A stretch of DNA of 64,000 bases from positions 1-64,000 of IMG/VR virus record IMGVR_UViG_3300028048_000001, one strand, 5' to 3'. The translations under genes and the position numbers were made by a program. Shown here piece after piece: positions 29,230-39,803 of this stretch. Under the pieces are notes generated by a model. It saw nothing but the letters and a program-made list of their open reading frames with translations. It ran no database searches and had not been told where the DNA came from. Position 1 is the stretch's first letter. Each line of letters starts with the position of its first letter. This stretch comes from a virus (lineage: Duplodnaviria; Caudoviricetes).

Positions 29230-30486
29230 TTATTTACTATTCAAAATTTCATCGAATCTTTTATCTATAGTATCAAACAATGCTTTATTATCTGTATCTT
29301 GTTCTCTTCTATCTCCACCAAATCTCTTATATAATTCTCTGTAATATGCTCGTCTTATAGCAATACTATCTTCATCTTTTGGAAAATTAATATAATCATC
29401 TATAAGTTTTTGCATTTCTTCAACTTGTTGCAAAAGTTGTATCTTTACTTTTGGATCTAAACTTTCTTTTGCTAATTCTCTCTTTAAATATTCTATACTT
29501 ACTTTAATTCTTGCTAAATCATTAGGATGTGGATCCATAATATTTAATGTATATAAAATAGAATCTATTAATAAAGCTTTAAATACTTTAAAAGCAATGA
29601 TTACTGTATTTCTTGTTTGCTTAATATTATTCATTTTAATATAATATTCTTCAATTTTTCTTAAAAAAGAATGAAGTTCTGGTCCATATCCATACATTAC
29701 AGCAAAAGAATCAGCAAATTTTTCGTTAGTATATCCATATCTTGTTCTTTTCATATTATCTTCCATTGATTCTCTAAAGAATTTAGAAGATACAAATTTC
29801 ATAGCAGATCTTGCAGTACTGCTAATAGCATGAGGAATAGAAAATATATTATTTTTAATTTTAACAAATAAATTATTCAATTGTCCAAATTTATCAAAAA
29901 ATTGAATTGTATCATCTACATCACTTTTTATAGTATCTAAAGTCATTTCTTTCCCGGAAGAAATATTATTATTAATTTTTATATTAATATCTTTTAATAT
30001 TTTAAGAATATTAAATACAAGACTATATACACAATCTTTATCTGTTACAGCTTCAAAGAAATTATGACCAATCTCATGAAGAATACAAGCAATAATTTCG
30101 TCATCAGATATATTATCACAATTTATAAGTCCAATATTTAATGTACATATTCCATTAACTATTCCATTTGAAGCATCATGATAAAAACCATTATTAGAAG
30201 CTTTAAGAAAAGTAATCATTTTTCTAACTTCTTCTTTAGATCTAAATGTATGAGTTCCAAATGTATAAGCATTAATAGTCTGATCTGGAGATATATTTAA
30301 TGCAAAAGAATTAAATCCAAATAATTTTTCAACCATTCTATTAAATTTCAAAATATCTTTATCAGTATTAATAGAATTAGAAAAAGATTTTCCTTTAATT
30401 TTGTTTCTAATAATCGAAAATTGATTCTGTAATGATATTATAGGAGTTTTTCCAATATATAATTCATTTAAAATTTGTTCTCTCAT
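29230..30486 (-). CDS. Zinc metallopeptidase (M48-like, HEXXH)
   Basis: LHEIGH, EKFADSFAVMYGYG and HP...R motifs; late-type motif at 30519-30530. Confidence 0.75.
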   Translation of the reverse strand: MREQILNELYIGKTPIISLQNQFSIIRNKIKGKSFSNSINTDKDILKFNRMVEKLFGFNSFALNISPDQTINAYTFGTHTFRSKEEVRKMITFLKASNNGFYHDASNGIVNGICTLNIGLINCDNISDDEIIACILHEIGHNFFEAVTDKDCVYSLVFNILKILKDINIKINNNISSGKEMTLDTIKSDVDDTIQFFDKFGQLNNLFVKIKNNIFSIPHAISSTARSAMKFVSSKFFRESMEDNMKRTRYGYTNEKFADSFAVMYGYGPELHSFLRKIEEYYIKMNNIKQTRNTVIIAFKVFKALLIDSILYTLNIMDPHPNDLARIKVSIEYLKRELAKESLDPKVKIQLLQQVEEMQKLIDDYINFPKDEDSIAIRRAYYRELYKRFGGDRREQDTDNKALFDTIDKRFDEILNSK

Positions 30487-30575
30487 AATATGTAATCCTT
30501 AATACTATATTTTTATATTATAGATGAGTTAAAAATAAAAAAATAAAAGGCAAGAATAAATCTTGCCTTTTATTT

Positions 30576-31019
30576 TTAAATATATCTTACAATACCATAT
30601 ACTGCATTATATATAACATCTTTATTTTTTGTCATATTTTTAGAAGATATATATTTATTAAATTTATCTGTATTAAAAGCACTAATTGATTTATAATATT
30701 GTCTTCCAGTACTTTTACACCACTCTATATAATTTTCATACATTACTTTAATATTTACTATACCGCCATATTGGTATGTAAGATGAGAATTTACAAAATC
30801 TATTAATCCTTGTTGTAATTCTCTATCTTTATTCTTTTTTGATATATTTAATTTATTAGTAACGTCAGCATATATTCCTTTTTCTCTATCAATATATAAT
30901 GTTATACGAATATCATTATTTTTATCAATATCAACACCAAATTCACTTTTAATATTATTTATAATAATATCATATCTATATTTAGGTAATTCTGTTAATT
31001 TAATTTCCATTATTTTCAT
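30576..31019 (-). CDS. Hypothetical protein, possible C-terminal winged helix
   Basis: F...YENYIEWCK pattern. Confidence 0.55.
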   Translation of the reverse strand: MKIMEIKLTELPKYRYDIIINNIKSEFGVDIDKNNDIRITLYIDREKGIYADVTNKLNISKKNKDRELQQGLIDFVNSHLTYQYGGIVNIKVMYENYIEWCKSTGRQYYKSISAFNTDKFNKYISSKNMTKNKDVIYNAVYGIVRYI

Positions 31020-31593
31020 TATTAGATACCTTATTATTTTCCTTTATTGTAGTAGGATCAATTTTTGCATAAATATCACAATATACAGAATCCCACATAT
31101 CATCAGCACTATCCAAGTACCAAGGTTCATTTTTATAATATGTATGATTAATATCACTCCAATTTGCTGTTCCTAATTTAGCATGAATATATAAAACATC
31201 ATCTCTTTTAATATATTTATTAAAAGTATCACGAGCATTTCTGATTCTTTTAAATTCTGATTTTAATTTATATTTAAGATGTCTTCTAAATTTACCATGA
31301 ATTTTATTCCATTTTATTTCATTATTTTTAATATCATAGTATTTAGATAATTTATTATTTTTTGATTGTATGTAATAAGATATTGCAACAGGATTTATTG
31401 CGAACTTAGGAATACCAAAAATTAATTCTTCTACACAAGATTTTTCAGTAAAATAAAGATCTTCATTATTAATAATAATAGGCTCATATTCATTTTTCAT
31501 AAGTCTATATCCACGAACTCTGGATATATTTATATTATTTTCTTTAGTAATATAACTAAGATCTTCTATTTGAGCATAAGCACCAATATCCAT
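31000..31593 (-). CDS. Hypothetical protein (start revised to MDIGAY)
   Basis: AGGAGG RBS before ATG 31593; the upstream part of the listed ORF overlaps a terminator. Confidence 0.75.
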   Translation of the reverse strand: MDIGAYAQIEDLSYITKENNINISRVRGYRLMKNEYEPIIINNEDLYFTEKSCVEELIFGIPKFAINPVAISYYIQSKNNKLSKYYDIKNNEIKWNKIHGKFRRHLKYKLKSEFKRIRNARDTFNKYIKRDDVLYIHAKLGTANWSDINHTYYKNEPWYLDSADDMWDSVYCDIYAKIDPTTIKENNKVSNNENNGN

Positions 31594-31672
31594 AAAACCT
31601 CCTTTAATACAATAATTAAATAAAATATAAAAGAGGAGAGAAAACTCTCCTCTTTTTATTATATTATAAAAT

Positions 31673-34600
31673 TTAAGTAGTATACATTGATTGAAGAATA
31701 GATTGTTTAAGTGAAAAAAGACGATCAAAATTATTAATATCTTCAGGAGTATAGGTCTCTCTACCGCATCTAGCTAAAGTATTAGCATTGATAAGAGTAT
31801 CTCTTTGCATAGATACAGCAGAATTAAAATATCCATCATTTCTAGATATATACATTACATTTCTAGGGTTAAATTTCTCCCAAGCAAGTTTAATAAAAGT
31901 TTGATTAATTGGAAGAAGAATATTTAAAACATCCAATATCTTCACACAGGTCGCTAATCTGTGCAGTTCTCTTATGAACTTCTTCAGGTGTTACCCGAAT
32001 GTTGAGACTATATCTTCCTATACAATAAATATATAGGCACGCCCATTTTGAATTTGCTTAAATTCTCAAGAGGTACACTCATCTCTCTTTAGTCGTTGAA
32101 CCTTCTTCTGTTCTAGAAGCTTGGCTGCTGATCATCCAATCCTTAATAGTGTAACTATATCAAAATCCTATTATGGTTTGCCATTTATATATCCCTATAT
32201 AAATTTAGTCATTAAGGCTCTAAGGATTTTCCAGCAATTAGAGCGTGTTAGGCAATGTTATTTACCATCGAAATCTGCTGCCAACAAAGGCAAAGGTTGA
32301 AGGGGAACTGACATTGTATATGTTTCTGTAAATCCTACGCAAAACATACTTAATATACTTCCATAACTACGCTTTATTCACATAGAATCGTTGATATTAT
32401 CTCTCTTTCTATGCAGTTCTCTTATGAACTTCCCTATATTTCTATAGGATACTAGACTATATCTTTATCTGCCAATTAGATATTCACCATTTCGATTTAA
32501 AGGGTCTTACTTCCCTAAATGCCCTACCTACTTAGGCTCTAACTTCAAGATTATCTATTATGAGATATTCCTCTACAAATATCTGATATTGTGGAAATTG
32601 AAAAATTTGGAAAAAACTTTTCGGTTATTTCTTTATAATTATATCCATGCTCATTAAGATTTCTAATTAAATCAGCATCTTCATCTGTAAGTCGATGAAG
32701 ATTAGCAGGATTCTTTTTATATGAATCATAGTAAGATTTTGGTTGATAATTTGGATCATAATAAACCTTATTTAAACAAATATTTTGTATAGATGTACCA
32801 GATATATTTTTATACCCCATATTTTGTATTTGACTATAGCTATAACCTTGATCATGAAGATCTCTAATTTTATTAGCCTCATCATAATTAAGTTTATTAC
32901 AAGTTCTTACATTATTATTTTCAGCATGTATAACATTTTCTTTCATGGTGGCCCATTCAATATTAGAGTATAAAGATCCATCTGGCATAACTTTATTTAC
33001 ACAATTATTCGTTTTATCAAAATCTTTATGATTTACTGTTAATTGATCCATATTATTTATAGGATTAAATTTTTTAAGAACAAGTCTATGTATACTATAT
33101 TTCTTTTGTCCATTTTTACAATTATCTGCTGCTAAACAGACATATTGATATCCATTTGGCCGAAGATTAGGTTTAATCATTTTCCCAGATCTAATATTCA
33201 TTATTCTTCCATAGTTACTTACAGCATAATAATTTGGAAGAATATCTTTAGCTTCATTATCGGTTAAAACTTCAAATGTTTCACTTTCTTGAAGATCATC
33301 TGGTAAGAAAAATATGGCTTGTTTCATTGATGTATCATAGAGTCTTGTTCCTTTTGGACAAACTAATCCACCAAAATTACTATTTCCATTTTTTGTAACA
33401 TATTCTCCATTTTCATTATATCTTCCACTATCAGTTTCTTGAGTTGATCTCATAATATATTCTCCTTATATTTTTTAAAATTAAAATATAAAGAAAATAA
33501 TAATCTATTCAGATAGTCGTTGAACCTTCTTCTATTATTATAGAAGCTTGGCTGCTGATTGTCCATAAAATGGAGTTCCCAGCAATTAGATGAATTTTAA
33601 TATATGATATAATAACGTATTGGCATATCATATATTCGACATTATTCCCTTTATATTTTAATTATTTTTTATAACAATAATTAAAGATAACAGAGGGAGT
33701 CCGAATATCGTAGGGTTCCGATTTATTATTACGCTTAAACCAGGTAAACCTTTCTTCTTCTCATTATCTATTATACTTTGTATTATACTGCTTATTCTAT
33801 CTACTGGCTCAATTGTTGCTTTATACCATAATTGATGAGCTTCATTAGGACTCATATTATATGATCTGCATAATATATTTTTTATTCTTTGTTCAAGCAT
33901 TATTGCAAGTCCTATTACAGGTAATGTAACCTCATCAATTCTTAAATCGGGATTCTGAACTATAACATTTCTACTACTGAAGTTATATCGTCCTCCCAAT
34001 AAACATCTAAAATCTCCTTTTTTACCACTTAATATAGTTTCCAGCTCTGTATATAATTCCATAAATTTTTTCTGTAAATTATATAATTGCTGATTCTTTA
34101 TTTTTGGCTCTCTTTGTATTTTGGTTTTATTTCTATTTATTGTAGTTACTAATTTATTCATCATAGTATACATGGCATTTGTAGGTTCATATGTCATATT
34201 TCCATCTTTAATATCAAATGGTCTTAATAACGTAGTAAATACTGGTATACTATGTGTAAATACTATATTTCTGTGTTCATAAATATCATCATAATTTTCT
34301 TTCTTAGTAGGCCTTTTTCGTAAATAGAAATCCATTATTTCATCAAATCTTTTTACAAATTCAACCATACCAATTCCAAAAAACGGTTCATCTTTATTTT
34401 TAGTTTCAATTGCTTTACTAGATAAAGGAGTTACTATATCTGAAATATCTAAAATATTTTCTAATTTAGTTCTTTTAACTCCTTGTATAGTAATACCTTT
34501 ACCTAAGAAAATATCTATCTTTTTATAAAATGCTGGGTGTATAATAACAAAGGGATCTTTTAATACCATCCACCCAAAATAACTAAAATTATCATCTACA

Positions 34601-35004
34601 TATTCACATAAATGACCACATCTTGGACAACGTAATCCAGCGTTTAATCTTCCTTTTAAACCACCATCATCAGTACAATGACAACGATATCTATCTATAA
34701 AAGGATTTACATCTGCCAAAGTTTGTCCAAACCTTCTAGAAAATAATCCATCTTCTGCTTTTAAGTCTTTCTTAATATTTCTTCCAGAAGGAGCAACTTC
34801 AAATCCATTTCCAGAATCTATATCAAGTTTTCTTTCAGCATCAAAATCTATATATTCTATATAAGATTCATATTCATAGTTTTCACTATGAGGATATGTC
34901 ATTGAAGTTGATACTACATCTTTTTCATCATAGTGAAGAAAATTATTTTTATTGTGAGAATCTTCAAACAAAGATCCATATTTAATTTTTTCACTCATTA
35001 TCAT
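31673..35004 (-). CDS. RNA polymerase beta'-like subunit (probably non-virion RNAP), spliced from exons 35004-33707, 32369-32264 and 31933-31673; 554 aa
   Basis: GLFSRRFG, Zn finger, GKKG...GGRYNFSSRNVI; joined exons read NRNPTI-SYGSIL...LLAADFDG-DVLNI in frame. Confidence 0.9.
31934..32263 (-). mobile_element. Group I intron 2 (330 nt, no ORF) inserted at DFDG^D
   Basis: 5' splice site after U with P1 GGT|AA/TTGCC; P10 AACAT/ATGTT; core AATTGCTGG, AATCAGCAG-like, GTTCAACGACTA, GATATAGTC; terminal G. Confidence 0.9.
32370..33706 (-). mobile_element. Group I intron 1 (1337 nt) encoding an HNH endonuclease
   Basis: P1 CGAT|ATT/AATGTCG with U-G pair; core AATTGCTGGGAA, AATCAGCAGCCAAG, GTTCAACGACTA, GATATAGTC; terminal G; exact junction inferred. 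Confidence 0.88.
32551..33453 (-). CDS. Intron-encoded NUMOD4-HNH homing endonuclease
   Basis: YAVSNYGRI, IHRLV, VNHKDFDKTNN, NIEWAT..EN; two C-terminal HTH-like repeats. Confidence 0.9.
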   Translation of the reverse strand: MRSTQETDSGRYNENGEYVTKNGNSNFGGLVCPKGTRLYDTSMKQAIFFLPDDLQESETFEVLTDNEAKDILPNYYAVSNYGRIMNIRSGKMIKPNLRPNGYQYVCLAADNCKNGQKKYSIHRLVLKKFNPINNMDQLTVNHKDFDKTNNCVNKVMPDGSLYSNIEWATMKENVIHAENNNVRTCNKLNYDEANKIRDLHDQGYSYSQIQNMGYKNISGTSIQNICLNKVYYDPNYQPKSYYDSYKKNPANLHRLTDEDADLIRNLNEHGYNYKEITEKFFPNFSISTISDICRGISHNR

Positions 35005-35462
35005 TCTCCAATATAATCATCGCAAGTATCATTTTTATTTATTTTTTTATATTTTTCATCATTATAACAATTATACTTATACTTATACATTTTTTTACGC
35101 TTAACTAATTTATCTAAATCTTTTTTAAACTTGTTTAATAAATCAGTAATATCATCCGTTACGCATTCTGTTTCATTAGAATTAATATAAGAAGAATATT
35201 CAATACTACAATTTACAAGTTTAGGAAAATCATAATTATCATCAAGAATCATCCAATCATTAGATGCAATATTGGTAAATGTATAAGCAGTATTTGTAGT
35301 ATTTCTTATATCAATAATTTCTCCATTAGAACAATGCATCATAATTGTATTATTTTCCCATTTCCAATATCCTTTCCACGATGGAAGTTTAATCTTTTTT
35401 CCATTAAGTAATTCAAACCAAGCTTGCCTCCAAGTTAAATTAGTATTTCCAGGTTTTGCCAT
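35001..35462 (-). CDS. DUF2829/Tad2-like protein
   Basis: A...L.NGKKIKLPSW.GYW ... IASNDWMI pattern. Confidence 0.5.
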   Translation of the reverse strand: MAKPGNTNLTWRQAWFELLNGKKIKLPSWKGYWKWENNTIMMHCSNGEIIDIRNTTNTAYTFTNIASNDWMILDDNYDFPKLVNCSIEYSSYINSNETECVTDDITDLLNKFKKDLDKLVKRKKMYKYKYNCYNDEKYKKINKNDTCDDYIGE

Positions 35463-35485
35463 ATATACCTCCTTAAAATTATTAT

Positions 35486-35704
35486 TTAATTGATTGGTTT
35501 AATTGTTTCATCTGATTCTTTTACTCTTCCAAAAAATTCATCTTTATTTTCTTTAATTTCTGTTATTTTTCCATCTTTATGTATAATATATTTTTTAGGT
35601 ATATTATTTATATACAATGGCTTTTTAATATTTTTACTAAATTTTATTTTTTCTTTTATTGAATCACTATTTAAAAAATCAGTCAAATTGTGTTCAAAGG
35701 ACAT
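35486..35704 (-). CDS. Hypothetical early protein
   Basis: GGAGG RBS; early-type motif at 35725-35741. Confidence 0.7.
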   Translation of the reverse strand: MSFEHNLTDFLNSDSIKEKIKFSKNIKKPLYINNIPKKYIIHKDGKITEIKENKDEFFGRVKESDETIKPIN

Positions 35705-35755
35705 TTAACCCTCCAAAATTGTATTCAATTTTATAATATATTTTTATACAAAAAT

Positions 35756-36367
35756 TTACCTAATGCAACTCAAAATATCATTATACCAATCCTCAATATC
35801 AGATTCGATATTTTGTGATTTTGCAATATTTCTATATTTAGGAGAATTTCCTATAATCATTATAGAATTAATTACATTAGACATAATTTCTGTTGAAGGT
35901 TTAAATTGAGTAAATTTAGTATGTGTAGTAGCAAACATTTTTCGAGCAGCAGCAACAATTGGTGTATCATGATGCTTATCTTCAAGATATATGATATTAG
36001 AAATACCAGTTTGAATGATAGCTTTAGCACATTCGTTACAAGGAAAGAGTGTAACATAAAGAGTAGAATTTCTCAGATCTTTAATGTCTCCACGATAATT
36101 TAAAATAGCATTAAATTCAGCATGAGATGACCACATATATTTATTATTAGGATCAGAAAGATCTCTGTTAGACCAATCGTACTCTGGATCATCATCAGAA
36201 ATACCATTAGGAAAACCATTATAACCAATAGAAAGAATTCTATCATCTTCAGATACAATAACTGCTCCTACTTGTGTATTAGGATCTTTAGAACGTTTAG
36301 AAATAATTTTAGCAATAAGCATATAAACAGAATCTTTAGATATTACATTGTGTCTTTTATTAGACAT
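35756..36367 (-). CDS. dCMP deaminase
   Basis: RSKDPNTQVGA, GYNG, HAEFNAI, FPCNECAK. Confidence 0.93.
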   Translation of the reverse strand: MSNKRHNVISKDSVYMLIAKIISKRSKDPNTQVGAVIVSEDDRILSIGYNGFPNGISDDDPEYDWSNRDLSDPNNKYMWSSHAEFNAILNYRGDIKDLRNSTLYVTLFPCNECAKAIIQTGISNIIYLEDKHHDTPIVAAARKMFATTHTKFTQFKPSTEIMSNVINSIMIIGNSPKYRNIAKSQNIESDIEDWYNDILSCIR

Positions 36368-36482
36368 AAAATAAACCCTCCTAAAAATAATAGTAATAAC
36401 AAGTGAAAATGAAAATGAAAAATAAATATCAGTAGAGTAACACTCTACTGATATTTATTTTATATTAATTAATAAAATAATT

Positions 36483-37715
36483 TTATTTTATTTGATCTTG
36501 TGATATAGGTTTATTTGTAGAAGGGTCTATAAAATAAATTCCATTAATAGGTTTTAATATTTTTTTATTATTACATAATGGCATTGTTAAAGATTCTTCT
36601 ATAGATTTTCCAGATCTGATTCTTTTTGATACAGTTCCTGGGCCAAATCCTATAATTTTATCCCATTGATTATATGAAAATGTATCATCATTATATGTAA
36701 TTAATTTAGGTTTTCTAGAATCAGATACAGGTTCATATAAAGATTTATCCACAGACCAATTTTGTCTAAAATGCCTATCATAAATAAGACCTCTATCTAA
36801 TCCTGTGATTTTTGACCAATCTGATATTGTATGAGATTCTCCATTAGAATCTGTAAGAATTCTCATATATGCATTAACGGGTTCTGTTAATGCTCTTTCA
36901 TCAGGCCATCCATCTTCTTTTCTAGCATATAAAGTAAATGCAGAGATTCCAATTATTGGTTCCCATTCAGCAGCAGTATGAGTAATTCCATTTAGAGTAA
37001 GCTTTATATTATTTCTTCTATTATTTGCTTGAGTAACTCCATCTGTCCATCTACAATTTTCCGGGCAATAGTTTCCATCATTATTTATTCTATCTATACT
37101 TAATCCTGGTTTGTAACCATTAGCCATAGCCCATCTACAAAATGTATCAACACCTGTATCTGGATTTAACCATTCATCACAAATTGAAATTCCTCTTCCA
37201 CCATAATCTTTATATGAATTACGATTAGGGTTATAACATCTTGATTTCATATTATGATATATTTCATATATTGGAGTACCATGCCAACCATGTTTAGTTG
37301 ATACTTCAATTTGAGCACATCCACAACTTTTAGTATGTCCATTTCTTAAATTATGGCCTCTTACTATAACATTATTTCCACAATCACACTTACAAAGCCA
37401 TTGTGTTTCTCTTCCAGAAGTTCCAATAAAATCTTCTGCTCTTTCCAATACTGTAAGTTTACCAAATTTTTTTCCAATCATATTAATTAATTTATTAGAC
37501 TTACATTCTTTACAACAATGAACATTACCATTGAGAAGATTATGGTGTATAACTTCTATAGTATTGCCACAATCACATTTACAAAGCCATCTAGGTTCAT
37601 GTCTTCCAGTAGATGGATAAATATAGTCATCTATTCTTTTAATTACAATTAATTTATCAAATCTTTGATCTTTTAAATCTCTCCATCCTCTTTTTTTAAC
37701 AAATTTAAATTTCAT
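36483..37715 (-). CDS. Free-standing HNH-type homing endonuclease with WLCKCDCGN repeats
   Basis: Two WLCKCDCGN units, MKSRC, YGGRGI, SIDRINNDGNY.PENCRW; start revised to MKFKF. Confidence 0.85.
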   Translation of the reverse strand: MKFKFVKKRGWRDLKDQRFDKLIVIKRIDDYIYPSTGRHEPRWLCKCDCGNTIEVIHHNLLNGNVHCCKECKSNKLINMIGKKFGKLTVLERAEDFIGTSGRETQWLCKCDCGNNVIVRGHNLRNGHTKSCGCAQIEVSTKHGWHGTPIYEIYHNMKSRCYNPNRNSYKDYGGRGISICDEWLNPDTGVDTFCRWAMANGYKPGLSIDRINNDGNYCPENCRWTDGVTQANNRRNNIKLTLNGITHTAAEWEPIIGISAFTLYARKEDGWPDERALTEPVNAYMRILTDSNGESHTISDWSKITGLDRGLIYDRHFRQNWSVDKSLYEPVSDSRKPKLITYNDDTFSYNQWDKIIGFGPGTVSKRIRSGKSIEESLTMPLCNNKKILKPINGIYFIDPSTNKPISQDQIK

Positions 37716-37897
37716 TTTATATATAATATCTCCTTTATTTTTATAATATATAGTTATAAGTACATTAAAAAATAATTTAAATAACATATTTGGATAGTTT
37801 AATAATTAATATAGATAAAAATAATGGTGCTAGGAATAAATCCTAGCACCATTATTATAAATATCAGCAAGTGCTAAGTAATAATTAATTTTGACCT

Positions 37898-39652
37898 TTA
37901 CGGTTGACCTTTACGGATTCCCGACCGATTTATAATTTCGACGCGAGACTGTACCGGCTGATACTCGTCAACTAAGAATCTCTCAAATGCAGTAACAGCA
38001 GGAAGAGCAGGATTCTGAACGTTTCTAAGCTCATTGGAAACATACATCTGATAATCGTAGATTCTATACGTTACTCTGTTGGAGTTGTGTGGCATTAAAA
38101 GTACTATTAAATCGTTTTGCCACCTGAGTTTATCACTGCCAATGAACTGATAGACTCTCTTATCACTGGTAACAACAGTTCTCTTGAAGTCAAGATCCAC
38201 AGGACCAATGCTGCTCGGGCTTGTATAAGTATACTCAATAGGAGTAATCTTTCTAACAAGATCCGGATCACCGAAAATGGTAATAACCATATTAGGATCA
38301 TTCAGAACCTGAAGCATTCTGGTAACCTCAGAATCAAATGCATCAAAGAACATGCTGTGTCTCCAGGTAAGAGGATCAAGAGCATATCCAACAGGCGGAG
38401 CATAATCAAACTCCATGTAACCTCTACTATTCTCAGGAAGTCTATCATAAGACTCATCAAGATACTGCTTAATCTTATCATCCTTGTAGTTAGCAAGAGT
38501 GGTCTTAAGCAGGCTCATAATCTTGGTAAGCTGATTAACCTGATACAGAGCAGCAAGATCTTTAACCTCTTCAGGACTAATGGTAACACTCAGCGGAATA
38601 GCATTAGGAATCTCAATAAGTTTAGTATCAACCTTCCACTTAACAGTGCAGGTGTCAAGCATATGGTTAGCAGTATCAAGTTCTGCACTAAGCATAACTT
38701 TCTTCACTTCACCCTTAGCAGAGATAACAGTAAAGATATTCTTATCCATAGTGCCTGCAAGAACATCAGAGATCTTCTTGTTAGCATCAGCAGACTCTCT
38801 CACAACAAGCTGAACAGGAGCATTAAAGCTTCTCTCATACTGATTGTAACCAGGCTGGAACAGAATATTCACTGGGAACCAAACATTCTCAACTTCACCC
38901 TCATCAGCAGCAGTAGCAATAGGTCCATTTGGACGAATAAATCCATCAGCATCAGGCATGATATCACCCTCAGCAATATACATCTTCTCAATCTGTATAG
39001 CGGATATATGAGTCTTAATGCTAAGAGCATCAAGCTTAGTACCACCACAAAGAGCAAGAACATCGGTCTCACCAATCTCAGGAAGTTCAAGCTCAATATT
39101 ATAAACAGGATTAGAAGCATCAATTGCAGGGGTCATCTTATTCTGATCGGTGAACATATCGATCTCGTTACCCTGAGTATCAACAAGAATTCTCTTTTCC
39201 ATACTCATGGTGAACTTAGGACCTTCAGCAACAACTTTCTGAATAGCACCCTTATCGAAGACCATATTCATAAGAATATTCTTATGGACAGGGAAAGTCA
39301 TACCGATAACCGGGTTATAATCAGCCATATCAGCATGCTCAAAGACAGCTTCAACATCGTTCTCAAACTGTTGTTCCATCATTGCATACTGATCTTCAAT
39401 ATAGCCAGGATCATTCATGAAAGGATCATTGGTATTCTCATCCATGAAATTACTGCAGAAGAATTCTTTAAGAGCTTCTTTAGCTGCAGGTCTACGAAGA
39501 ACCTTTTTCGGCTCTTCAAAAATATCCATACCAGACTCATTAAGCAGGTTCTTAGCAAACTCTGCGAAAGATTGGACATAGTTAGTCATAGGATCTTTAG
39601 AGTAAGAACCACCAACAAAACCAGTCTTGGTAGAAAGCTTACCAATAGGCAT
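37898..39652 (-). CDS. Probable major capsid protein
   Basis: 584 aa, markedly higher GC and strong codon bias typical of a highly expressed gene, strong RBS, late-type motif at 39787-39798, terminator downstream; identity inferred. Confidence 0.7.
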   Translation of the reverse strand: MPIGKLSTKTGFVGGSYSKDPMTNYVQSFAEFAKNLLNESGMDIFEEPKKVLRRPAAKEALKEFFCSNFMDENTNDPFMNDPGYIEDQYAMMEQQFENDVEAVFEHADMADYNPVIGMTFPVHKNILMNMVFDKGAIQKVVAEGPKFTMSMEKRILVDTQGNEIDMFTDQNKMTPAIDASNPVYNIELELPEIGETDVLALCGGTKLDALSIKTHISAIQIEKMYIAEGDIMPDADGFIRPNGPIATAADEGEVENVWFPVNILFQPGYNQYERSFNAPVQLVVRESADANKKISDVLAGTMDKNIFTVISAKGEVKKVMLSAELDTANHMLDTCTVKWKVDTKLIEIPNAIPLSVTISPEEVKDLAALYQVNQLTKIMSLLKTTLANYKDDKIKQYLDESYDRLPENSRGYMEFDYAPPVGYALDPLTWRHSMFFDAFDSEVTRMLQVLNDPNMVITIFGDPDLVRKITPIEYTYTSPSSIGPVDLDFKRTVVTSDKRVYQFIGSDKLRWQNDLIVLLMPHNSNRVTYRIYDYQMYVSNELRNVQNPALPAVTAFERFLVDEYQPVQSRVEIINRSGIRKGQP

Positions 39653-39786
39653 AATTTAATCCTCCTTGTGATTATATAACTAGAATGAAGGACGTTAAGG
39701 CAATCTAGTTACTTCAAAAATATATTTTTTATTTATTTTTTATTATCAAAATACATAGGAGCTTAGAGAGTTACTCCCAAATATTT

Positions 39787-39798
39787 TATTTATTAGTT
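39787..39798 (-). promoter_or_regulatory. Late-type phage promoter motif AACW-N6-TA (representative copy, capsid gene)
   Basis: Copies at 5922, 8069, 9261, 11224, 28365, 30519, 43462, 54306, 59311, 61903 (minus) and 9297, 20427, 62466 (plus); matches the AR9 late consensus AACA-N6-UA. Confidence 0.75.
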
Positions 39799-39803
39799 AA
39801 TAA

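Noticed and set aside
33658-33706. C-terminal FGLPLLSLIIVIKNN of the 448-aa ORF and the MKIL start of 31673-31945
   Set aside because: These are intron sequence read in frame, not part of the spliced RNAP subunit
38117-39679. 520-aa plus-strand ORF antisense to the probable capsid gene
   Set aside because: In-register shadow of a strongly codon-biased gene; no RBS or promoter and no protein-like motifs
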